31,323 bases of DNA. It comes from a virus (taxonomy: Duplodnaviria; Caudoviricetes). The stretch lies in the IMG/VR virus record IMGVR_UViG_3300027732_000082, positions 1 to 31,323 of that record; one strand, written 5' to 3'. The stretch's first letter is position 1. Every line of letters starts with the position of its first letter. The notes beneath the pieces are model-generated. The model had not been told where the DNA came from. It made no database searches and saw only the letters and a list, made by a program, of their open reading frames with translations. A program made the position numbers and the translations under genes. This document shows positions 8,643 to 17,461 of the stretch, piece by piece.

Positions 8643-8648
8643 TAAATA
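8643..8648 (+). promoter_or_regulatory. Late promoter core TAAATA (probably gives a leaderless mRNA)
   Basis: GTAAATA ends 7 nt before ATG 8656, with no SD in between. Confidence 0.6.
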
Positions 8649-8655
8649 CTACACT

Positions 8656-8901
8656 ATGAACGTTTTTGAACTCTTTGATCCCGCACCTGCAGGTAGTCGT
8701 ACTGAAAAGGACGATAATTCTGTAATGAAACTCAGTGATCTGCGCAAGACTAGGCTTAGTCTAGAGCAGATAAATCGCATGAGAATCATGAATGATGTGC
8801 GTAAACTAGAGCACGAAGAAAAACTCAAAAAAGTCAACAAGCAATACAAAGCTGCCGGTGCAGATGCCGGTGGTGGAGCTGGCGCACCAGCTTCGATCTA
8901 A
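8656..8901 (+). CDS. Small hypothetical head-module protein (possible prohead core protein)
   Basis: 81-aa charged ORF between portal and core genes, in the position where T4 has gp67/gp68. Has its own TAAATA. Confidence 0.7.
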   Translation: MNVFELFDPAPAGSRTEKDDNSVMKLSDLRKTRLSLEQINRMRIMNDVRKLEHEEKLKKVNKQYKAAGADAGGGAGAPASI

Positions 8902-8959
8902 TTATCTATTAAAATCATTCAAAAAACACCGATATTACTAGAAATATTACGTGTTTATG

Positions 8960-8965
8960 TAAATA
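8960..8965 (+). promoter_or_regulatory. Late promoter core TAAATA
   Basis: GTAAATA upstream of the TAAGGAG SD and ATG 8997. Confidence 0.6.
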
Positions 8966-8996
8966 GATTACAAGCCATATTATAAGGAGTTCTCAA

Positions 8997-9980
8997 ATGA
9001 ACAAGTATGAAAAGTTAATTGAATATATCGTAAACGATGAACAAGCCAAGGCCAAAGCATTGTTTCACGAAATCGTGGTAGAAAAAAGCCGTGACATCTA
9101 CGAAAGTATGATGGACGACGAAGATCAGCAAATGGGCGGTGATCAAGTCGAAGGCATGGTTGACGAAATTACAACCGACGAAGAAGGCATGCACGAAGCC
9201 GACGACGAAATGGACATGTCAGGTGACGACGAAATCGGAACTGATAGCGACATGGACAGCGACATGGGCGGAATGGATGACATGGGCGGCGGCGAAGGCG
9301 ACATTGAAGATCGTGTTATGGATCTAGAGTCTGCACTTGACGAACTCAAAGCTGAATTTGATGCTTTGATGAGCGACGAAGCAGGTGAAGAAGAGCACGA
9401 TGACATGGGCGGTAACGACATGGGTATGGGCATGGATGACGAAGAAAACGAATCTATGATGTACGAAGACAAGCCTAAAAAAGGCGTGAATCCATTTGCT
9501 AAAGATGATAAAGAAGAGGAAGAAGACGACGAAGAAGCAAAAACTGAATCTCGTCGTAACATGTCCTCTGCAGAAAAACTACGTGAGTATGTTGACAAAG
9601 TAAGCGACGGACACGGCGCTGAAAAAGGTGGTCAAGGCGAAGGTCACGAAGTTGGCAAAGGCGGTAGCGTAGGTGTTAACAAGCAAGGCATCGTAGCCAA
9701 GAAAAACGATATGGGCGGCACAGCCGGTAATATCGTTAAAGGTGGCAGCGAGCAAGCACCAGATGGTACAAGTCCAAAAGGTAAAACAGGCGGATTTGTA
9801 AAAGGTTCTGCACAAGAACACGAAGTTGCCAAACGCAATGTTAACAAAGTAGGCGGCAACAAAGGCGCACAAAACTACTATAGCAAAAAAGAAACAAGCT
9901 GGGACAAAGCACACGGTAAAGAAGGTCAGACAACTGATGGTTCAGTACCAGTGAGCAAGAACAGTCCTTTAGCAAAATAA
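8997..9980 (+). CDS. Acidic prohead core / scaffold-like protein
   Basis: 327 aa with D/E/M/G-rich low-complexity tracts, a coiled-coil segment (IEDRVMDLESALDELKAEF) and a strong SD. Directly before the prohead protease. Confidence 0.75.
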   Translation: MNKYEKLIEYIVNDEQAKAKALFHEIVVEKSRDIYESMMDDEDQQMGGDQVEGMVDEITTDEEGMHEADDEMDMSGDDEIGTDSDMDSDMGGMDDMGGGEGDIEDRVMDLESALDELKAEFDALMSDEAGEEEHDDMGGNDMGMGMDDEENESMMYEDKPKKGVNPFAKDDKEEEEDDEEAKTESRRNMSSAEKLREYVDKVSDGHGAEKGGQGEGHEVGKGGSVGVNKQGIVAKKNDMGGTAGNIVKGGSEQAPDGTSPKGKTGGFVKGSAQEHEVAKRNVNKVGGNKGAQNYYSKKETSWDKAHGKEGQTTDGSVPVSKNSPLAK

Positions 9981-9994
9981 ACTAGGACAATAAT

Positions 9995-10633
9995 ATGGCT
10001 TTGTACCTAAGAGAGAATCTTACTTTTGATAACGCCAGGATGGAGCTCCTAGAAGAGGACTCCAAAGATGGTAAAGGTAAGAATCTCTATATGAAAGGGA
10101 TATGCATTGAGGGAGGCGTGAAAAACGCTAACCAACGTGTGTACCCCATTCACGAAATATCTAAGGCCGTAGAAACAATCAACGAACAAATCAAAGGTGG
10201 CTACTCCGTACTAGGGGAAGTAGATCATCCGGACGATCTTAAAATCAATTTAGACCGTGTTAGTCACATGATAACAGATATGTGGATGGACGGTCATTGT
10301 GGTTACGGTAAACTAAAAATTCTACCAACTCCAATGGGCAACCTGGTTAAAACCATGTTGGAAAGCGGAGTGAAACTAGGTGTGAGCAGTCGTGGATCAG
10401 GTAATGTAAACGAAGGCTCAGGACAAGTCAGTGATTTTGAAATCATCACTGTGGACGTGGTTGCACAACCCTCAGCGCCACATGCGTATCCTAAAGCGAT
10501 CTACGAAGGTCTCATGAACATGAGTTATGGGCATCGCGTTTTAGAAAATGCAAAAGAAGTCGGCGAAAGCCAGCGTGTGCAGAAGTATTTGAAAGAGCAG
10601 GTAACTCGCTTGATCAAAGACTTAAAAATATAG
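9995..10633 (+). CDS. gp21: Prohead core protein protease (T4 gp21-like)
   Basis: KNANQRVYP, LGEVDHP, INLDRVSH, ILPTPMG, GVSSRGSG and DVVAQPSAPHAYP motifs. Confidence 0.96.
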   Translation: MALYLRENLTFDNARMELLEEDSKDGKGKNLYMKGICIEGGVKNANQRVYPIHEISKAVETINEQIKGGYSVLGEVDHPDDLKINLDRVSHMITDMWMDGHCGYGKLKILPTPMGNLVKTMLESGVKLGVSSRGSGNVNEGSGQVSDFEIITVDVVAQPSAPHAYPKAIYEGLMNMSYGHRVLENAKEVGESQRVQKYLKEQVTRLIKDLKI

Positions 10634-10644
10634 GAGAAGGTATA

Positions 10645-11742
10645 ATGTTTGATGCTATCAAACCATTGTTAGATGCCGGTATCATTAACGAAGATACTCG
10701 TATAGCAATCAATGAAGCCTGGGAAACCAAGCTAAATGAAGCTCGCGAGAGTATTCGCAGTGAACTGCGCGAGGAGTTTGCTCAACGTTATGAGCATGAC
10801 AAGTCTGTAATGGTTGATGCTCTTGATAACATGGTTACCGAAGCTTTGTCTGTAGAAATTAAAGAATTTGCAGATGAAAAACAAGCTCTTGCTGAAGACC
10901 GTGTGAAATTCAAACGTCACATGACTGAAAGCGCAGGCAAGTTTGACCATTTCATGGTTACCAAACTTGCTGAGGAAATCAAAGAACTACGTGAAGATCG
11001 CAAAACCTATCAAAACTCTATCAAGGGTCTAGAGCAGTTTGTTATCAAAGCGTTGGCTGAAGAGATCCAAGAGTTTGAACAAGACAAAAAAGCAGTTGTA
11101 GAAGCTCGTGTACGTATCGTAAGCGAAGCCAAACAGAAGCTTGATGAACTGAAATCACAGTTCATTGCTAAAAGCGCACGTCTTGTTAAAGAAGCTGTCG
11201 CAACCAATCTTGAAACTGAGCTTACTCAGTTGAAAGAAGACATCCAAGTTGCTCGTGAGAACATGTTTGGACGTCGACTGTTTGAAGCGTTTGCTGGTGA
11301 ATTTGCTGTTACTCACTTAAATGAGAACAAAGAAATTGCTAAACTGCACTCTGCTGTTGAACGCAAAGAGCGCCAACTACAAGAAGCCAAAACTATCATG
11401 GAAAAAACTTCCATGCTGGTTGAAAGCAAAGATAAAGAAATTAAGATTATCAGAGAATCACAAGATCGCAAGGCCAAACTGAACGATCTATTGAAACCTT
11501 TGAACGAAGAGAAGTCCGCAGTAATGCGTGAGCTTCTTGAGAGTGTGCAAACTGAAAGACTTCAGAATGCATTTGAAAAGTATCTTCCAGCGGTACTTAA
11601 CAACAGTTCAGCAAAGAAACCAGCGAAAGCTGTTCTAAGCGAAAATCGTAGTCAAGTAACTGGAGATAAAGCTGCTAAAGTCAGCGCCTCTGATCAGACC
11701 ACTAACGTGATTGATATCAAGCGTTTAGCAGGGCTTAAATAA
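10645..11742 (+). CDS. gp22: Prohead core scaffolding protein (T4 gp22-like)
   Basis: 365-aa E/K-rich coiled coil between protease and major capsid protein, with a GGAG SD. Confidence 0.85.
   Translation: MFDAIKPLLDAGIINEDTRIAINEAWETKLNEARESIRSELREEFAQRYEHDKSVMVDALDNMVTEALSVEIKEFADEKQALAEDRVKFKRHMTESAGKFDHFMVTKLAEEIKELREDRKTYQNSIKGLEQFVIKALAEEIQEFEQDKKAVVEARVRIVSEAKQKLDELKSQFIAKSARLVKEAVATNLETELTQLKEDIQVARENMFGRRLFEAFAGEFAVTHLNENKEIAKLHSAVERKERQLQEAKTIMEKTSMLVESKDKEIKIIRESQDRKAKLNDLLKPLNEEKSAVMRELLESVQTERLQNAFEKYLPAVLNNSSAKKPAKAVLSENRSQVTGDKAAKVSASDQTTNVIDIKRLAGLK
11736..11741 (+). promoter_or_regulatory. Late promoter core TAAATA upstream of the major capsid gene
   Basis: TTAAATA overlaps the scaffold stop codon and is followed by an AGGAG SD. 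Confidence 0.55.
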
Positions 11743-11767
11743 ACCCTAAACAGGAGAAGGAAAAGAA

Positions 11768-12985
11768 ATGACAACCGCACTATTAGAAAGCCGTTGGGGC
11801 GAAACCAAAGATGCCCTGCTAGAAGGCCTACAAGGTTCTAAAAGAACCTCCATGAGTGTAATCCTTGAGAACACTCGCAAGTATTTGGCAGAAAGTGCTA
11901 CAGCTGGTTCTACATCAGCATCAAACGTAGCAACACTTAACCGTGTTATTCTGCCAGTGATTCGTCGTGTTATGCCTACAGTTATTGCAAACGAGATCGT
12001 TGGTGTTCAACCAATGACTGGTCCAGTAGCTCAGATCCATACACTACGTGTACGTTATGCAGACAGCATGACTGACACAGCAAGCCAATATGCAACAGGT
12101 ACCACAGCAGGTGATGAAGCTCTAAGCCCATTCAAAATTGCTGTTGCTTACTCTGGTGTTACTGGCGCAAGTGCTGGTTCATTCGGTGGTACTGCTACAA
12201 ACGGAAAAGCTGGTTCAACATCTTCACTAGAAGGTTTGCCAGGTAACCGTATCAACGTACAGATCTTGAAACAAGTCGTTGAAGCCAAGACTCGTAAGTT
12301 ATCAGCTCGCTGGACTTTCGAAGCTGCTCAAGACGCACAAGCCATGCATGGTTTGGATGTCGAAGCAGAAATCATGGCAGCATTGGCTCAAGAAATCACA
12401 GTTGAAATTGACCAAGAAGTTCTTGGATCACTACGTAGCTTGTCTGCTACTGAGTTCACATATGATCAGTCTACTGTGTCCGGTACAGCTACATTCGTTG
12501 GTGATGAGCATGCTGCTCTTGCAGTTTTGATCAACCGTACAGCTAACCTGATTGCTTCACGTACACGTCGTGGCGCAGGTAACTGGGCAGTTGTTTCTCC
12601 AGCTGCATTGACAGTTCTACAAAGCGCAACAACCAGCGCATTTGCACGTACCACAGAAGGTACATTCGAAGCACCTACAAACACCAAGTTTGTTGGTACA
12701 TTGAACGGCGCAATGCGTGTTTACGTTGACAGCTATGCAGGCGATACAGCCGCTGTGTTGGTTGGATATAAAGGTTCTAGCGAGGCTGATGCAGCCGCGT
12801 TCTATTGCCCATATGTTCCTCTAATGAGCAGTGGTGTTGTTCTTGACCCAGCAACATTCGAACCAGTCGTGGGCTTCATGACTCGTTACGGATATGTTGA
12901 GTTGACCAACACAGCATCGTCACTAGGCAATGCTGCCGACTACCTAGGTGAAATTGCTATTGCAAACACCTTGTCGTTCCAGTAA
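11768..12985 (+). CDS. gp23: Major capsid protein (T4 gp23-like)
   Basis: RRVMP..IA.EIVGVQPMTGP, VEAKTRKLSARWTFEAAQD..A.HGLD.EAE, TRRGAGNW, FYCPYVPL and FEPVVGFMTRYG. Confidence 0.97.
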   Translation: MTTALLESRWGETKDALLEGLQGSKRTSMSVILENTRKYLAESATAGSTSASNVATLNRVILPVIRRVMPTVIANEIVGVQPMTGPVAQIHTLRVRYADSMTDTASQYATGTTAGDEALSPFKIAVAYSGVTGASAGSFGGTATNGKAGSTSSLEGLPGNRINVQILKQVVEAKTRKLSARWTFEAAQDAQAMHGLDVEAEIMAALAQEITVEIDQEVLGSLRSLSATEFTYDQSTVSGTATFVGDEHAALAVLINRTANLIASRTRRGAGNWAVVSPAALTVLQSATTSAFARTTEGTFEAPTNTKFVGTLNGAMRVYVDSYAGDTAAVLVGYKGSSEADAAAFYCPYVPLMSSGVVLDPATFEPVVGFMTRYGYVELTNTASSLGNAADYLGEIAIANTLSFQ

Positions 12986-13009
12986 TTTCTCAAAGGGATG
13001 GGAAGCATT

Positions 13010-13032
13010 AAAGGGCCGCAAGGCCCTTTTTT
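13010..13032 (+). terminator. Intrinsic terminator after the major capsid gene
   Basis: AAAGGGCC-GCAA-GGCCCTTT hairpin followed by a T run. Confidence 0.9.
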
Positions 13033-13160
13033 GTTGACTAAAAAATAGCCCGAGCATTTTATTGCCCGGGCTATAAGTTACTAAACAGGATTTATGACAC
13101 CGTCTGATTTGCGTCATGTGTTGATTATAGCGCATGATATGTTATAAAGCAAGCGTTCTG

Positions 13161-13167
13161 ATAAATA
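13161..13167 (+). promoter_or_regulatory. Late promoter ATAAATA
   Basis: GATAAATA ~90 nt upstream of ATG 13256. Confidence 0.7.
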
Positions 13168-13170
13168 TAC

Positions 13171-13245
13171 TTGTTCAGACTCATGAGCCCCTCAGGGGAC
13201 TTCGCGGAAACCCAACCGTCGAGGCCTAGAACGCCATAACACAAG
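13171..13245 (+). promoter_or_regulatory. Putative structured 5' leader RNA (cis-regulatory element)
   Basis: GC-rich island between promoter and SD with three small stems: CCCC-TCA-GGGG, TCG.CGG-loop-CCG.CGA and GGC-CTAGAAC-GCC. Confidence 0.5.
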
Positions 13246-13255
13246 GAGAAACAAA

Positions 13256-13951
13256 ATGGGACGTCCTATTAAAAACAAATTTATCAATCCATACGCATCA
13301 GTGCCTTACGCACAGAGGCCAGGAAGAGGTGGAGAATCAGTCACCACTACATCAGGCAATGCAAGCCCTACATTTAGCAATCTTGGATCAGCCTACTTTA
13401 CTGCCAATGCAACAGCTACAGTATCTGCACCAACGCTAACAGGTGGAACCACTGCAACAATCAGCACAGTTCATTTGTTTGCAAATGGTGCAATTAAAGC
13501 ATTGGCTATTGACAGCGCCGGATCAGGATACACGGCCGCTCCGACAGTTACCTTCTTTGGAGCAAATAGCACTACTGCCGCCGCTACTATTGCTATCGAT
13601 GCTCCGACCACAAGGGCCAACAGTATTTTAGCCAATTGTTTCTTCACTGGCGGAAGCTATGGTATCACCACAGCTGACTTGGTAAAAGCACGTGGCGCCC
13701 GTACTTTTGTAGCAAACAATGCTGGCACACTGCAAACATTAAAATTAGTAACCAGCCCAAACAATAATCCATATGTTGCTGGCACACTGACTATCACAGC
13801 TGATTTTATTGATACCAGCACATTTAGTGTTGCTAAAATTACAAATCGCAAAGTCTACAGTTCCACTGGACGAAGCTACAAGTGGACAACCACTGCCGCT
13901 CCTGCCAACGTAAGCGCATCAGACATCACAGTTAGAATTAGCAGTATCTAA
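13256..13951 (+). CDS. Virion structural protein (candidate capsid decoration protein)
   Basis: 231 aa, Thr/Ala-rich beta protein with a GSGYTAAPTVTF motif. AAGGAG SD, own promoter and terminator. Confidence 0.65.
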   Translation: MGRPIKNKFINPYASVPYAQRPGRGGESVTTTSGNASPTFSNLGSAYFTANATATVSAPTLTGGTTATISTVHLFANGAIKALAIDSAGSGYTAAPTVTFFGANSTTAAATIAIDAPTTRANSILANCFFTGGSYGITTADLVKARGARTFVANNAGTLQTLKLVTSPNNNPYVAGTLTITADFIDTSTFSVAKITNRKVYSSTGRSYKWTTTAAPANVSASDITVRISSI

Positions 13952-13970
13952 TAGAGATATAGTTTTAACA

Positions 13971-14002
13971 AAATGGCTACCACGGTAGCCATTTGTCTTT
14001 TT
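13971..14002 (+). terminator. Intrinsic terminator
   Basis: AAATGGCTAC-CACG-GTAGCCATTT 10-bp stem followed by GTCTTTTT. Confidence 0.8.
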
Positions 14003-14019
14003 AGCAATGCCAGCAGGTG

Positions 14020-14027
14020 CATAAATA
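14020..14027 (+). promoter_or_regulatory. Late promoter CATAAATA
   Basis: Lies after the terminator, 21 nt before ATG 14049. Confidence 0.7.
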
Positions 14028-14048
14028 AAGCAAACGGTCTAAACTCAT

Positions 14049-14717
14049 ATGAGCATTATTAAAAACGTCAGCGGTCCATACACAATTAATACCATCAATC
14101 ACGATGATCCTATTATTTTGGATTCAAACGTGGTTATCATCAATGGCAATCTGCGAGTAATTGGCAATACAACCACAATATCTAGTACCAACACAGATAT
14201 TAGCGATAATTTAATTGTGCTAAACAAAGGTGGTGGTGGCATCTCTGGTGCAGTGCTAGGCGAATCTGGAATACAAGTTGATCGCACTGACCCTGCAGGA
14301 ACAGGATTAGCAAATGTATACCTGCGCTGGCAAGAGTTTACCAGCAGCTGGCAAATCACAAACGATGGCACAACCTACTACGATATTGTGGCCACAACCA
14401 CTGGTAACACCAGAGTAGTTGATGATTCAAATCCACAACTGGGCGCAAATCTGAATACAGCTGGCTATGCAATAAAAAACTATGATTCTAACAATGTGTA
14501 CATTGATCCGGTTTTGGCACTACAGCTTGATGGAAATATACAGATTAAAAAATTAGTAAATTTTCCATCACCAACTATTGTGCCACACTATAACATTATC
14601 ACGTCATCAAACGTTGGAACAGGCGGCACTGGGCTGTATGTAACCAACGACGAAGGCATACAAAATCAAGAATTGATCACCAAGTCTCGTGCTGTGGTTT
14701 ACTCTATTATATTTTAG
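14049..14717 (+). CDS. Virion structural / fibre-associated protein
   Basis: 222 aa with a GNL.V.GNTTT....I.DN.I.LN module shared with the 1420-aa and 584-aa fibre proteins. Confidence 0.7.
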   Translation: MSIIKNVSGPYTINTINHDDPIILDSNVVIINGNLRVIGNTTTISSTNTDISDNLIVLNKGGGGISGAVLGESGIQVDRTDPAGTGLANVYLRWQEFTSSWQITNDGTTYYDIVATTTGNTRVVDDSNPQLGANLNTAGYAIKNYDSNNVYIDPVLALQLDGNIQIKKLVNFPSPTIVPHYNIITSSNVGTGGTGLYVTNDEGIQNQELITKSRAVVYSIIF

Positions 14718-14728
14718 GAACATATCAG

Positions 14729-15040
14729 ATGTCAATTGTTAACGCTACACTCACCGATTCAACTGCAACAGCAGTTTATACTTCTGCAGGAAACAGTGCT
14801 GTAACCACAATGTATCTTTGCAACAAAACTACCATCTCTGCCACAATCAATGTATTTGTGGTAAGCACCGGTTTTCAAGCAAACGGAGTTAATATCATAT
14901 ACAGCAATCTATCAATTGCCGGCAATGACACCTATGTTATGGAAGCAGAACGTATTTTGTTCAACAACGGCGATTTTATTGCAGCCAATTCTAGTGCAGC
15001 CAACACTATAATTGTAACTACCAGCTTTACAGGTATCTAA
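14729..15040 (+). CDS. Small virion structural protein
   Basis: 103-aa beta-rich ORF with an AGGA SD, inside the structural operon. Confidence 0.7.
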   Translation: MSIVNATLTDSTATAVYTSAGNSAVTTMYLCNKTTISATINVFVVSTGFQANGVNIIYSNLSIAGNDTYVMEAERILFNNGDFIAANSSAANTIIVTTSFTGI

Positions 15041-15042
15041 TA

Positions 15043-15492
15043 ATGGGACGCTTTGTTAAAAACCGCGAACTAGAAAGCCAGGGTTATTCTACTAGGATGC
15101 AAACCGGAACATCGGCTTTGCGTACTGATAGTCCTGTTGACGGCTTGTTTAGATTCAATACAGACACACAGTTAGTAGAAGTGTACTATAACAGCGCCTG
15201 GAACAGTGTAGCCAAAGTTGGAGTAAGCACCATTGTCAAAGACAGTCAAGGAGCAGGTTCTCCAGGGTCAAATCTTGAAGCAGCTGATAGTAGCAGAACC
15301 ACGTTTACCATGAGCCAAAGCTATGCATCTGGTAAAGAAGCACAGGTCCTGATCTATGTTGGTAATGTATTTCAAAATCCCGGAGTAGCATACACATTCA
15401 ATGGCACAACCACTGTTACATTTACCAGCCCGCCGCCACTTGGGCAAACCATAATCATCCTACACAATTTTCCAAGTACTGCAACGCCTTGA
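15043..15492 (+). CDS. Virion structural / fibre-associated protein
   Basis: 149 aa. GT...R...P..G.FRFNTD....E.Y....W module plus an F..S....VLIYVGNVFQ.P..AYT....F.SPP domain, both shared with downstream genes. Confidence 0.72.
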   Translation: MGRFVKNRELESQGYSTRMQTGTSALRTDSPVDGLFRFNTDTQLVEVYYNSAWNSVAKVGVSTIVKDSQGAGSPGSNLEAADSSRTTFTMSQSYASGKEAQVLIYVGNVFQNPGVAYTFNGTTTVTFTSPPPLGQTIIILHNFPSTATP

Positions 15493-15501
15493 TCGGCTCT
15501 G

Positions 15502-15508
15502 ATAAATA
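15502..15508 (+). promoter_or_regulatory. Late promoter ATAAATA
   Basis: Upstream of an AGGAG SD and ATG 15528. Confidence 0.7.
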
Positions 15509-15527
15509 ATCAAGTAGGAGCAAACTA

Positions 15528-17420
15528 ATGGCTATTGGACGTGTAGCCGGGCCTATGTTACAGGCAACTCTTGATCGCCAAGGCGTTGATCTTAATTTTG
15601 TAACAGACCCCGGAAGTGGAGCACAATCATTACTTTATTTGGATTTTTCAAATTTCCGAATGGGCGTGAATACGAGTGCAACCACTGAACGTCTCACTGT
15701 TGATGGAAACATCAGTGTCAACAGTTATATAAAAACCAGCACCACAAATCAACACATGTACCTGTTGCCCAACGGAACAGGACAAGCAATCATCAGCAAT
15801 GTAAATGTGCTCAAAGGCAATATCAATGCAACCGACATTGGATCTACGATCGCAGCAGCCGCAAAATTTACCACTGCTAACACATCGGCCAAAGCCACCC
15901 TTGCATCTGCACAGGTCACTAACCTGACGCCAGGCCGTATTGTGTTCTCGGACGGCACCGGACTAAATGATGACGCCGATCTGCTGTTTTTTACCAGTAA
16001 TAATACTTTTTATGCTACCACAATCGAAAGTGCTGGCACCGTTGGATACGCAAACCTAAACATCACTGGTGAACTGGTGTATGCACCAACCGGAACTCCG
16101 ACCAATATACCATTTTTTGCAGCCAACAGCATGTTCCTGCCAGGCCCCGGCATAAGATATTTTTCTGGCAATGCAACCTTCCGAGCCAATAATATAGAAC
16201 TTAGTTCAACGGTGATTAACCGAGTTTTATACACTTCCAGCGCAAACGCAGTGATTGGGTCTGCCGCACTAACCTATGATGGATCTACATTTACATCGTC
16301 TGGTATTACACAATTATCAGGTCTGCAGTTCACTGGACAAACCATAAGTGGACTTGGTGGGGATGCAGATATCTTTATTGTTCCAGATGGACTTGGTGCA
16401 ATTTCTGTACAAGAACACCGCATAACAGACATACCAACTCCTGTGCTGAACAGCGATGCTGCTAACAAACAGTATGTGGACGAGCGTATCACAGTCAGTA
16501 GTGCAAACAGGATTTACCTGATCAACTCAGAAGTAGCGGTACAGGACAATGGCTTTGGTCTAGCCAACGTTACTGTCACAGTAGCAGGCACGCTGGCCGC
16601 AAGATTCACAGACACCTTTAGCCAAATTGGTGACTACTCGATCTTTAACAACGAACTGAGCACAGTGGCAGGAGACATTGCACTTGTACCAGCAGACAAT
16701 AATCGTGTAAGGATGCAAACGACCAGTTCAACAGTGCTACCAGTTGGACTGACCAGCGAGCGTCCTGCTATTCCAGAAATTGGTGATTTACGATATAACA
16801 ATGAAGTTGGATCAATCGAATGGTATACCGGTGGAGCCTGGGTAGCTGGCAACGGTGCAACCACAGTGGCCAGCCAAATCATCTATCCAACTGGGTCAAC
16901 TGCTTCTTTCACACTGACCCAAAATGCAGATACAGACAGTGTGCTGGTTACTATCAACGGTACGCTACAACAGCCAACAGTGGCCTACACAGTAACAGGC
17001 ACAACACTGACCTTGGTTGAGACTCCATTGGTAACAGATATCGTTGAAATTCGATTCCTGGCAGCAGCGATTGTGTATGCGGCAAATCCAATTTTTGTTA
17101 ACACAACCTATACCAATGTTAGTGTGAGTGGAACCACACTGGATTATTTTTATGTAACACAGTATAGATCTGCTGTTTATGAATTCACAGCAAAGAACAC
17201 CAGTGGAAGCCGGTATCAAGTGGGCGAAATATATCTGATACACAATAATATAACTGCAAATGCAGTTGCAACAGTAAAATCTACCATGGGTTCGCCAACT
17301 ACACCGCTGATTGCCTGGACAACCAGTATTGATGGCTTTGGTGTACTGGATCTTGTGGCCACTGCTGCGGGCGCAGGCACACAAGTAAAAATACACAGAA
17401 CATATTTCAATGACGCTTGA
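15528..17420 (+). CDS. Tail fibre-like virion structural protein
   Basis: 630 aa, Thr/Gly/Asn-rich, with a DAANKQYVD fibre motif and shared C-terminal modules (YRSA.Y...EIYLIH). Confidence 0.75.
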   Translation: MAIGRVAGPMLQATLDRQGVDLNFVTDPGSGAQSLLYLDFSNFRMGVNTSATTERLTVDGNISVNSYIKTSTTNQHMYLLPNGTGQAIISNVNVLKGNINATDIGSTIAAAAKFTTANTSAKATLASAQVTNLTPGRIVFSDGTGLNDDADLLFFTSNNTFYATTIESAGTVGYANLNITGELVYAPTGTPTNIPFFAANSMFLPGPGIRYFSGNATFRANNIELSSTVINRVLYTSSANAVIGSAALTYDGSTFTSSGITQLSGLQFTGQTISGLGGDADIFIVPDGLGAISVQEHRITDIPTPVLNSDAANKQYVDERITVSSANRIYLINSEVAVQDNGFGLANVTVTVAGTLAARFTDTFSQIGDYSIFNNELSTVAGDIALVPADNNRVRMQTTSSTVLPVGLTSERPAIPEIGDLRYNNEVGSIEWYTGGAWVAGNGATTVASQIIYPTGSTASFTLTQNADTDSVLVTINGTLQQPTVAYTVTGTTLTLVETPLVTDIVEIRFLAAAIVYAANPIFVNTTYTNVSVSGTTLDYFYVTQYRSAVYEFTAKNTSGSRYQVGEIYLIHNNITANAVATVKSTMGSPTTPLIAWTTSIDGFGVLDLVATAAGAGTQVKIHRTYFNDA

Positions 17421-17453
17421 TTTCTAGTGCAGTTCTCTATTTCTGGGCTTGCG

Positions 17454-17461
17454 CATAAATA
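17454..17461 (+). promoter_or_regulatory. Late promoter CATAAATA
   Basis: In the intergenic gap upstream of ATG 17493. Confidence 0.7.

Noticed and set aside
9180-9545. GACATG/GACGAA/GAAGAA-rich quasi-repeats
   Set aside because: They simply encode the acidic low-complexity protein and are not an independent DNA repeat array.
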